Source: Gemmatimonadota bacterium | GTDB taxonomy: Bacteria; Latescibacterota; UBA2968; UBA8231 | Reading direction: 5' to 3' | DNA: 51,160 bases | Assembly: GCA_038128265.1 (NCBI GenBank) | Contig: JAYPJE010000006.1 | Location: forward strand, 9,252 to 60,411 | In this document: one piece after another, positions 43,771 to 51,160 of the stretch | Layout: the number at the start of each line of letters is the position of its first letter | How positions within the stretch are numbered: position 1 is the first letter of the stretch | Made by a program: the position numbers and the translations under genes | The notes under the pieces: model-generated | Told to the model about the DNA's origin: nothing | Seen by the model: only the letters and a program-made list of their open reading frames with translations | Database searches by the model: none

Positions 43771-45333
43771 ATGATATCTAATACCGCATCTGGCAGCGAT
43801 CAGAATATAAAGGGGACCCCATACCGAGTCAATGCGACTTGGGCGCTGGCACTGGCCCTGTATACCGGCGCCAAAGGCTGGCTGACCTATGGCGTCGAGT
43901 TGGGCAAAGACGAAGCCGTCTACTGGTATTGGAGCCAGCATCTCGACGCCAGCTACGCTCTGATTCCCTTTTCGCTTATCGCCCTAGCCGAAGCGCTCGC
44001 TCCGCACGGCGAGCACTTTTTGCGCACGCCGTCGCTCCTACTTGGCACGCTGTCGGTCTACTGGCTCTATCGCTTGTGCTGCGACTGCGGCCTAACGGAA
44101 GCGCGCGCGCGCTGGGCGGCAGCGGCCTTTGCCTGCAGCCACTGGTCCTGGCATACGAGTTCGTACCTCCACCCCGATGTCTCCTTGACCGCCTGCTGGC
44201 TGCTAGCCCTACGCGCCGCAGTGCGCACCAGTAGCCAGCCTCGCTTGGCAAACTATCTGTATATGGGCGCGGCCTGCGGGCTGGCCGTACTGTGCAAATA
44301 CTCCGGTGCCTTTCTAACTGCAGGGCTGGGCCTATTTCTGCTTATTTCTCATCCTACCAAACAGCGCACGACCGCCATCGCTGCATTCACAGCGGCGGCA
44401 CTGTGCGTGGCCTCCCCCCTCGTTTACGCCCAGCTGAGCACGGCATTTTACCTGCCGCAAACCCTCAGCACGCTGTCGAAGATAGAGGCACTCGGCAGCC
44501 CGTTTACCCGTATCCTGTTCTTTGCCCTCAACCCGCTCCTATTCGCCTCACCCCTATTGCTCTACCTGCTGTATCGCGCGCTGTGGAACGCACTGAGCAC
44601 CGTTCGGCGTACGTGGAACCCAGACCTAGCGCTGGCCATCTTGCCGGCTCTATGCACGCTCGGCGCCTTCCTCTTTTTCGCGCTGTACAGGGGACAAATA
44701 AAGGGAAATTGGATGCTCGTCGGCTTGCTCAGCCTGTGGCCGCTGGCATTCCACTTACCCGTGCGGCGCTGGCTCTATCCGGCGCTGGTGCTCAGCGGCC
44801 TGCTGCAGGCCGTGAGCATCGGATGGGCACTCAAATATCCGGGCGCCGTCCGCACGTGGTTTGATCGCAGCCAACTCGACGAGAGCTACGTCGGCCTTGT
44901 TTCGCGCGCCGACCGCGCGCGCGAGCCTTCCTATTCATGGCACGAGAGAGTGTGTGAATACGGCGGCTGGAGCGCCTTTAGCCGCAGCGTGGATGTGCTC
45001 TTAGCGCAGCGCGGCATCGCCGCACAGACACCGCTGGTGAGCAGTCAGTACAGCATTCCCTTTGGCCTGGCCTACTATGCGGAGACGCCGCGCAGATACT
45101 ACACAGTGGACGATCCGCGTTTCCGCGATTTGACCGATATCGAAAAGCATCTGGAGTCGGCTGCACCGGTGCTTTTTGTGGCGCGGCAAGATACGCCTAT
45201 TCCGCGCCCATTGGACGATCGCTCAAGCCAATTTATCGGCAGAGCGCTGCGCCAGGCGCCGGGCTGCGCGGCCGTGCGCTACGATCTCTACCTCCTGCGC
45301 GGTGCTACCCGGCCGTTTCAGCGGCGTCCTTAG
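43771..45333 (+). CDS. Polytopic GT-C glycosyltransferase (PMT_2/ArnT-like)
   Basis: DEAVYWYWSQHLDASY, FLRTPS, PD and GLAVLCKYSG plus many hydrophobic helices; start codon uncertain. Confidence 0.8.
   Translation: MISNTASGSDQNIKGTPYRVNATWALALALYTGAKGWLTYGVELGKDEAVYWYWSQHLDASYALIPFSLIALAEALAPHGEHFLRTPSLLLGTLSVYWLYRLCCDCGLTEARARWAAAAFACSHWSWHTSSYLHPDVSLTACWLLALRAAVRTSSQPRLANYLYMGAACGLAVLCKYSGAFLTAGLGLFLLISHPTKQRTTAIAAFTAAALCVASPLVYAQLSTAFYLPQTLSTLSKIEALGSPFTRILFFALNPLLFASPLLLYLLYRALWNALSTVRRTWNPDLALAILPALCTLGAFLFFALYRGQIKGNWMLVGLLSLWPLAFHLPVRRWLYPALVLSGLLQAVSIGWALKYPGAVRTWFDRSQLDESYVGLVSRADRAREPSYSWHERVCEYGGWSAFSRSVDVLLAQRGIAAQTPLVSSQYSIPFGLAYYAETPRRYYTVDDPRFRDLTDIEKHLESAAPVLFVARQDTPIPRPLDDRSSQFIGRALRQAPGCAAVRYDLYLLRGATRPFQRRP
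43804..43832 (-). promoter_or_regulatory. Putative sigma-70 promoter of clpP
   Basis: Minus strand TTGACT(43832-43827)-N17-TATATT(43809-43804). Confidence 0.65.
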
Positions 45334-48300
45334 ATTCTCGACGCACAAAGGCCGATGCCATGACGTTTTGCACCAGCGTGCGAAAGTCGTCGAAAAACGT
45401 GTAGAATAGCGGCACCAGCACCAGCGTAAGCACCATCGAGGCCAGCAGGCCGCCCATCATCGTGCGCCCCAGCGGAGCGTAGGCTAATCCCACCAACTTG
45501 GAGTTGCCAACGGCCATCGGGATCAGGCCAAAAGCCGTGGTGAACGTCGTCATTAAAATGGGGCGAAAGCGATGCCTGCCCGCCTCCATCAGCGCTTCCG
45601 TGCGCTCCATCCCCCCGTCGCGCAGCCTATTGGCCAGGTCGATTAGCACGATGGCGTTATTAACGACGACGCCAATAAGAATGACCATGCCGATAACCGA
45701 CATAATGTCCTGCGGCGTATCCGTCAGATAGAGCGTCCAATAGACGCCGAGAAAGGAAAAGGGAATCGATATGATAACGGAGAGCGGCAGCACAAATGAC
45801 TCAAAGAGAACGCCCATGAGCAAAAAGACAAACGTCACCGACATAATGACGGCAAACTTCATCGAGCTATCCTGCTCTTCCAGTCGCACATAGCGATCGC
45901 CTTTATCCCAGCGATAGCCGCGCGGCATCTCAAACCCCCGCATCGCCGCGTCGACCTGGCCAAAGAGTTCCTCGGCGTTGTCCTTGTTGGCGCGCGCGAC
46001 GACGTTGAGCACCGTCTGGCGATCGTCGCGGCGTATGCCACCCAGCGTGCGCTCGACGTAGATATCGGCCAGCGATTCGAGCGGCACTTCGCGGCCGTCC
46101 TCGGTCGGAAAGGTAATGGCGCGCAGATCCTGCATGTTCTTGCGATCGAATTCTTCTAGCTGAACCTGAATATCTACTTCGCGTCCATCTTCCGTGTGAA
46201 ACTTGTTGATATTGTGTCCGCGCAGGGCATAGGCGATGTTGCCCGATACCATCTGGGCGCTAACGCCCAATCGCTGCAGTTGACCGCGGTCGAGCCGCAG
46301 CTGCAGCTCAGTGCCACCGCGGTCCATGTCCGTATCAACCGATAGCAGGCCGGGGATATTTTCCAAGCGCCGCTCAACTTCGAGCGCTAGCCCCATCAGC
46401 ACGTGCGTATCCTCTCCATAGAGCGTGACATTTACGGCAGCGTCCTGCTGAGCGTTTTCCCAGTTGATGCGCAGCGACGTGCCGGCGGGCACCCGCAGAC
46501 GCTTGCGAATATCCTCTTCCATCTCCTTGTAGTTGAGATGCGTTTGCTCGCGCAGACCGACGCTTTTCAGCAGATCGTCCCAAGCCACTGCATACCAGTC
46601 GAGATCTTTCTCTTCCTTGAGAAAGATCGATATGCGCCCCTGATTGGCCCGCACATTCGTGCGCACGTTTTCGATATTGTACTGCTCTGCGTGCGCCACC
46701 AGCGTATCTTCGACGGCGATCATAAAGGCTTCGGCCTGCTCCAAGCTCTGTCCTGAAGGCATTTCAAAAGCCAGATCCATGCGCGTCTCATCGCGTTCGT
46801 TCTGGTCGGTCTTCATCAGGCCATCCATGGGGATTTTCATACTGGCAACGGCCAGAGATACCAGAATAAATGCATCGAGGCGATGGGTTAGAACCCAGCG
46901 CAGCGCGCCTTCATAGCGGCGGCGCATCCACACGATGGCCGCTAGGTCACCGCGCTCCTTGGCAGCGCCTATTTTCAGCGCCGCCAGCGGTATGATCAGC
47001 AGCGCGATCAGCAGCGATGCGACGAGTCCGACGATAACCGGCATGCCAATGCGCAGCATCCAGAAAGCCATATTGTCGTCGGAACCCATCAGAATCAGCG
47101 GCAGGAATACCACCACCGTCGTCAGCGTGGCCATGGTGACGGCGAGACCGACCTCACCGGCGCCCTCAATAGAGGCCCGGCGCGGATCGACGCCGTTTTG
47201 GCGCATGCGGAAGATATTTTCGACGATGACGATGGCATTGTCGACGACCAGGCCCAGGCTCAGCATCAACCCCATCATCGTTGCCATATTGAGCGACCAG
47301 CCGGCAAAGTACAGCGCTGTGATCGTAACGAGAATGCATAGCGGGATAGCCAGCGTGATAATCAGCGTCATGCGCACGGCGCGCAGGAAGAAAAAGAGCA
47401 CCAGCGCAGCAAACAATCCACCCCACAACCCTGAGTTTTGCAGGTTGTAGACCGACGATGTGACGTGATCGCCCTGATCCCAAAAAACGACGTACTCGAT
47501 GCCCTGCAGCTGCGGATGCTGCTCCAGCTCTTTAAGCGTCGCTTCGACTTCGCGCGAGATGTGCACAATATTGGCTTCGGCAGCGCGAATGATTTCAAAC
47601 CCCATCGACTCTTGGCCGTTAATGCGATTGGCCCAGTCTTTGCGCGGCGGCTTGTACGACACCGAGGCAATATCGCCCAAGCTGAGCTGGTGCTGAGGGT
47701 CAATGACCGTTTCGCGCAGCTCGTCTATCGTGCTATAACGACCCATTGAGCGCAGGTATATTTTTTTGCCGCCTTCGATAATCCAACCGCCGGGCACCGT
47801 CAAATTCTGGCTGCGCAGGTCGTTGACCGTTTGGAACATATTGATCCCATGGCTGCGCAGCTTGTCCTGATCGACTTCGACGAGTACCTGCTTGCTCGGC
47901 GTGCCCCACTGTTCGACGTTGCCAACGCCCTCGATGCGGCGCAAAGCGGGTTCTATGTAGGTGTCGAGCAAAAAGCGCGGGTCGGCCGTTCCAGGTGGAA
48001 AGGCAATGGCACCAGCGAGAATGGGGATATCACTCTGATCCCAGCGCCGCACCCACATCTGCTCGATTTCGTCGGGCAGTTCCGGCATGACGCGATCGAG
48101 GCGATCTTTCATCTCGGCAAAAGCCACCTGCAAATCCGTGCCCTTCTGGAATTCGACGTTGACGTAGCCGTTGCCCCTGCTCGCCCCAGACTGTATGCGC
48201 TTGACGCTGCTTACCTGCGCCACGGCTTCTTCCATCAGGCGCACCACCTTTTTTTCTACCTCGATAGCGCCGGCGTTGGGATAGGGCGCCCAGGCAAATA

Positions 48301-48454
48301 GGCGCGGATACTCCATGCCTTCGGGAAAGAGAGTCAGGGGAATGCGCGTGTAGGCAATGGCGCCAACGACAAGCAGAGCCACCAATATCATGGCGACGGT
48401 GACCGGCCGGTTGACCGAAAAGCGCGGCAGCGGATAGCGACGCTCGTTGTTCAT
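45305..48454 (-). CDS. RND efflux transporter permease (AcrB/AcrD/AcrF family)
   Basis: FSVNRPV, GLVVDNAIVIVEN, TTVVVFLP, GVLFES, GVVVNNAI and RFRPILMT. Confidence 0.95.
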   Translation of the reverse strand: MNNERRYPLPRFSVNRPVTVAMILVALLVVGAIAYTRIPLTLFPEGMEYPRLFAWAPYPNAGAIEVEKKVVRLMEEAVAQVSSVKRIQSGASRGNGYVNVEFQKGTDLQVAFAEMKDRLDRVMPELPDEIEQMWVRRWDQSDIPILAGAIAFPPGTADPRFLLDTYIEPALRRIEGVGNVEQWGTPSKQVLVEVDQDKLRSHGINMFQTVNDLRSQNLTVPGGWIIEGGKKIYLRSMGRYSTIDELRETVIDPQHQLSLGDIASVSYKPPRKDWANRINGQESMGFEIIRAAEANIVHISREVEATLKELEQHPQLQGIEYVVFWDQGDHVTSSVYNLQNSGLWGGLFAALVLFFFLRAVRMTLIITLAIPLCILVTITALYFAGWSLNMATMMGLMLSLGLVVDNAIVIVENIFRMRQNGVDPRRASIEGAGEVGLAVTMATLTTVVVFLPLILMGSDDNMAFWMLRIGMPVIVGLVASLLIALLIIPLAALKIGAAKERGDLAAIVWMRRRYEGALRWVLTHRLDAFILVSLAVASMKIPMDGLMKTDQNERDETRMDLAFEMPSGQSLEQAEAFMIAVEDTLVAHAEQYNIENVRTNVRANQGRISIFLKEEKDLDWYAVAWDDLLKSVGLREQTHLNYKEMEEDIRKRLRVPAGTSLRINWENAQQDAAVNVTLYGEDTHVLMGLALEVERRLENIPGLLSVDTDMDRGGTELQLRLDRGQLQRLGVSAQMVSGNIAYALRGHNINKFHTEDGREVDIQVQLEEFDRKNMQDLRAITFPTEDGREVPLESLADIYVERTLGGIRRDDRQTVLNVVARANKDNAEELFGQVDAAMRGFEMPRGYRWDKGDRYVRLEEQDSSMKFAVIMSVTFVFLLMGVLFESFVLPLSVIISIPFSFLGVYWTLYLTDTPQDIMSVIGMVILIGVVVNNAIVLIDLANRLRDGGMERTEALMEAGRHRFRPILMTTFTTAFGLIPMAVGNSKLVGLAYAPLGRTMMGGLLASMVLTLVLVPLFYTFFDDFRTLVQNVMASAFVRRESKDAAETAG

Positions 48455-48464
48455 TGCCTATCTC

Positions 48465-51160
48465 CTATTCCCCGCGATCGACCAGTGCGTAAACGGTGGG
48501 GATGACGATCAGCGTGAGCACGGTGGAACTGGTCAAGCCGGCAATTACCGTCAGCGCCATTGGCGTGCGGATCTCAGCCCCCTCGCCCAACCCCAATGCC
48601 ATGGGCAGCAGACCGAGCACCGTCGTTGAAGTCGTCATCAGAATGGGGCGTAACCGCACGCTGCCGGCGCGCACGATCGCCTCCATTTTTTCCATGCCAG
48701 CGCGACGCAGCGTGTTGATGTAATCGACGAGAACGATGGCGTTATTGACAACGATACCGGCCAGCATGATAAGCCCGATAAACACCACGATGCTCAGCGG
48801 CACCTGCGCGAGGTAGAGCGCCGTCAGCACGCCGATGAGCGCCAGCGGCACCGTGAACATGATCACGAATGGGTGCACCAGCGATTCGAACTGCGAGGCC
48901 ATAACGATGTAGACGAGAAAAATAGCCAGCGCCAGCGCAAAGTAGAGGCTGTTGAGCGAGGTCTCCATTTCCTCGTTCTGACCGCTGATCAGGAAGTCGA
49001 ACCCCGTTGGAAATTGCATCTGGCGCAGCGCCGCGTAGATGCGCCCAGACGCCGTGCCCAAATCCGTGTTCTGAATATTGGCCGTAACCAGTGCTGCGCG
49101 CTGCTGATCGATGCGGCGAATTTCACTCGGCCCCTCGTCGATGCGAATATCGGCCACCGCCGACAGGGGAATGGGCACGGCCGCGCCTGGATTGACGACG
49201 ATGCGCTCGAGCTCGGCTAGGCCGAGCCGATCTTCCTCGCGCAGGCGCACCAGCACGTCGATCTGCCGTTCCTCCTCGCGAAAATCGGTCGCCACGCGCC
49301 CCTGCACTTTGTTGCGCACCAATTCGGCCACATCGCGCAGGCGCAGGCCGTAGTTGGCCAAGCGATCGCGCCTGTAGTTGATCTGTAGCTCCGGATTACC
49401 TACCTGCAGCGAGGAGCGCACGTCGACTAGCCCCTCGACCTGAGCGAGACGCGCCTCGACATCTTTGCTGATTCGGCGCAGCCCGCGTAGGTCGTTGCCA
49501 CGCACCTCAACCTCGATGGGCGTTTTGAAGCTGAATAGCGATGGGTGCGATATCTCCAATTCGACTTCTGGAATATCGGACAGCAGGTCGCGCAAACGCT
49601 CGATGAGCACATCTTCCTGACCTGCCGTCGATCCCTCCACCAGCTTGAGCGTTATCTTGGCCGTGTGCTCGCCCTCATCAGATGCGCTATTAGCCGACTG
49701 GTCGGTGCCAATCGTGGAGGCCATACGCTCAACCTCGGGCTGGCCTGAAGCGACCGCCTCCATGCGCCCGATGACGGACGCGGTCTTTTCCAACGGCGTG
49801 CCAACCGGCAGAGCTACTTCTAGGTTGAACTCGCCCTGATGCACCTGCGGTATGAGTTCCTGACCCAGCCGAGGGAGCAGATATTGCCAGCATAAGGCGA
49901 GCGCACCGAGTGCTACAGCAACGACGACCGCGCTGTTGCGCAACGCCACACTCAGCAGTCTTGGATAAACGGCCTGCACCAGACTGAAGCTCTTTTCAAA
50001 CGCGAAGAGCACGGGCGCAAAAAGCGGCATGAGTAGGAGACCCAACAAAAAGAGCAGGACGACGACCAGCAGGCCGATCAGCATAATGGCCACGTGCAGC
50101 ACAATGCCCACCAGGCGTAGGACCGTAGCCAGGACAAAGCGCACCACCAGATAGATTAGCACTAGGGGAGCAAGAATGCCTTTGAACCCCTTCGCCACCG
50201 CACCGGTCGAACGCATTACCCACTGAGCGTAGAGCGCCACGCTAGCACATAGGTTCTGCGGAGCGCCGTAGGCGAGTATTCCCGGCCACAGGCGCTCAAA
50301 AAAATCCATGCGACCAACGCGGCTCGACGCAGACCAGGCGCGCACTGCCTGCTCAAAGGGACGCCCAGGCCGGATCCACAGTTCGGCCAAATACACCAGC
50401 GGACAGAGCAAGTAGAACAGCAGCAGGCCAACGGCCTTTAGCGCAGCAGCCACCAACACAGCGGCGGCCAGGCCGACGCGCAGCAGCGTTTCAAAAACCA
50501 AATAGGGCAGCGCAAACGCACCGCGCAGCAGGCGAACGGGTGCCGATTGATCGCCTGCATTGAGCGCAGCGCGTGCGCGCCGAATAGCTTCTATGCGAAG
50601 AAAATCGCTGCGAATAAGCTGCATTAGCGCGCCGTCACCGTCGCTCTGCACCTGGCGAGAGGCCAGCATTGGAATAAAAAAGAGCGCAACGCCAAGCGAC
50701 GCGAGCAGCGAGAACACCACCGTGAGGCCCATATCGCCAAAAACCTGACCGGCGACGCCCTCGACAAATACGATGGGGAAGAATACCGTGATTGTCGTCA
50801 GCGTCGAAGCAAAGACGGCCGTGCCCACCTCAGCAGTGCCGCGCACAGTGGCGCGCACGATATCGTCGCCTTCTTCTCGGCAGCGAAATATGCTCTCGAG
50901 AACGACAATCGAGTTGTCGACTAACATGCCGACTCCCAGAGCCAAGCCACCGAGCGACATGATGTTCATGGATACGTCAAATATGAACATCGGCGCAAAC
51001 GTGGCGACGATCGACACCGGAATAGTCAGGCCGATGATGAGCGTATGAACGGCGTTGCGCAAAAACACAAAGAGGATTAGAACGGCAAATCCTCCCCCGA
51101 TCAGCGCGCTGTTTTGCACCTCATCAATCGAGTTCTTAATAAATGTCGATTGGTCTGAGA
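48465..51160 (-). CDS. RND efflux transporter permease, 5' part outside the window, with a large hydrophobic mid-protein insertion
   Basis: Frame is open to the edge (SDQSTFIKNSIDEVQNSALIGG); GMLVDNSIVVLE, ASQFESLVHPF, GIVVNNAI and RLRPILMT. Confidence 0.93.
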   Translation of the reverse strand, partial: SDQSTFIKNSIDEVQNSALIGGGFAVLILFVFLRNAVHTLIIGLTIPVSIVATFAPMFIFDVSMNIMSLGGLALGVGMLVDNSIVVLESIFRCREEGDDIVRATVRGTAEVGTAVFASTLTTITVFFPIVFVEGVAGQVFGDMGLTVVFSLLASLGVALFFIPMLASRQVQSDGDGALMQLIRSDFLRIEAIRRARAALNAGDQSAPVRLLRGAFALPYLVFETLLRVGLAAAVLVAAALKAVGLLLFYLLCPLVYLAELWIRPGRPFEQAVRAWSASSRVGRMDFFERLWPGILAYGAPQNLCASVALYAQWVMRSTGAVAKGFKGILAPLVLIYLVVRFVLATVLRLVGIVLHVAIMLIGLLVVVLLFLLGLLLMPLFAPVLFAFEKSFSLVQAVYPRLLSVALRNSAVVVAVALGALALCWQYLLPRLGQELIPQVHQGEFNLEVALPVGTPLEKTASVIGRMEAVASGQPEVERMASTIGTDQSANSASDEGEHTAKITLKLVEGSTAGQEDVLIERLRDLLSDIPEVELEISHPSLFSFKTPIEVEVRGNDLRGLRRISKDVEARLAQVEGLVDVRSSLQVGNPELQINYRRDRLANYGLRLRDVAELVRNKVQGRVATDFREEERQIDVLVRLREEDRLGLAELERIVVNPGAAVPIPLSAVADIRIDEGPSEIRRIDQQRAALVTANIQNTDLGTASGRIYAALRQMQFPTGFDFLISGQNEEMETSLNSLYFALALAIFLVYIVMASQFESLVHPFVIMFTVPLALIGVLTALYLAQVPLSIVVFIGLIMLAGIVVNNAIVLVDYINTLRRAGMEKMEAIVRAGSVRLRPILMTTSTTVLGLLPMALGLGEGAEIRTPMALTVIAGLTSSTVLTLIVIPTVYALVDRGE

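Overview
Gene-dense, GC-rich bacterial chromosomal window with about 30 CDS. I saw no rRNA, tRNA, CRISPR array or mobile element. C-terminal 'NxPNPFNPST...GxYxY...KMTLV/LK/R' FlgD-Ig sorting domains, cohesin/dockerin-like modules and a sulfatase maturase suggest an FCB-associated lineage such as Latescibacterota (inference only). Left arm: periplasmic aldose 1-epimerase, an RbsBAC-type sugar ABC operon ending in an APH(6)-like kinase, an internalin-like LRR protein, lon-glnD, hflX and an HD hydrolase. Centre (14.6-30.3 kb), the most interesting part: three giant secreted proteins transcribed from back-to-back sigma-54 (-24/-12) promoters. Two are tandem paralogues of about 1900 aa (Asp-box region, 4 Ig-like modules, cohesin-like, beta-sandwich, dockerin-like, cohesin-like, CTD). 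The third has an N-terminal cohesin-like domain, 8 cadherin-like repeats and a CTD. Together they look like a non-cellulosomal cohesin-dockerin extracellular scaffold. Right arm: an orphan solute-binding lipoprotein, a methyltransferase/isomerase/PhyH operon, cytochrome c' plus a diheme cytochrome with a contracted CxCH motif, Gfo/Idh/MocA, DUF6807/PmoA-like, anSME, a metallophosphoesterase, a triple-DUF5069 protein coupled to a C26 amidotransferase, a probably leaderless mutM, clpP, a GT-C glycosyltransferase and two tandem RND transporters, the last cut by the window edge. All family calls come from motif recognition by eye; no searches were run.
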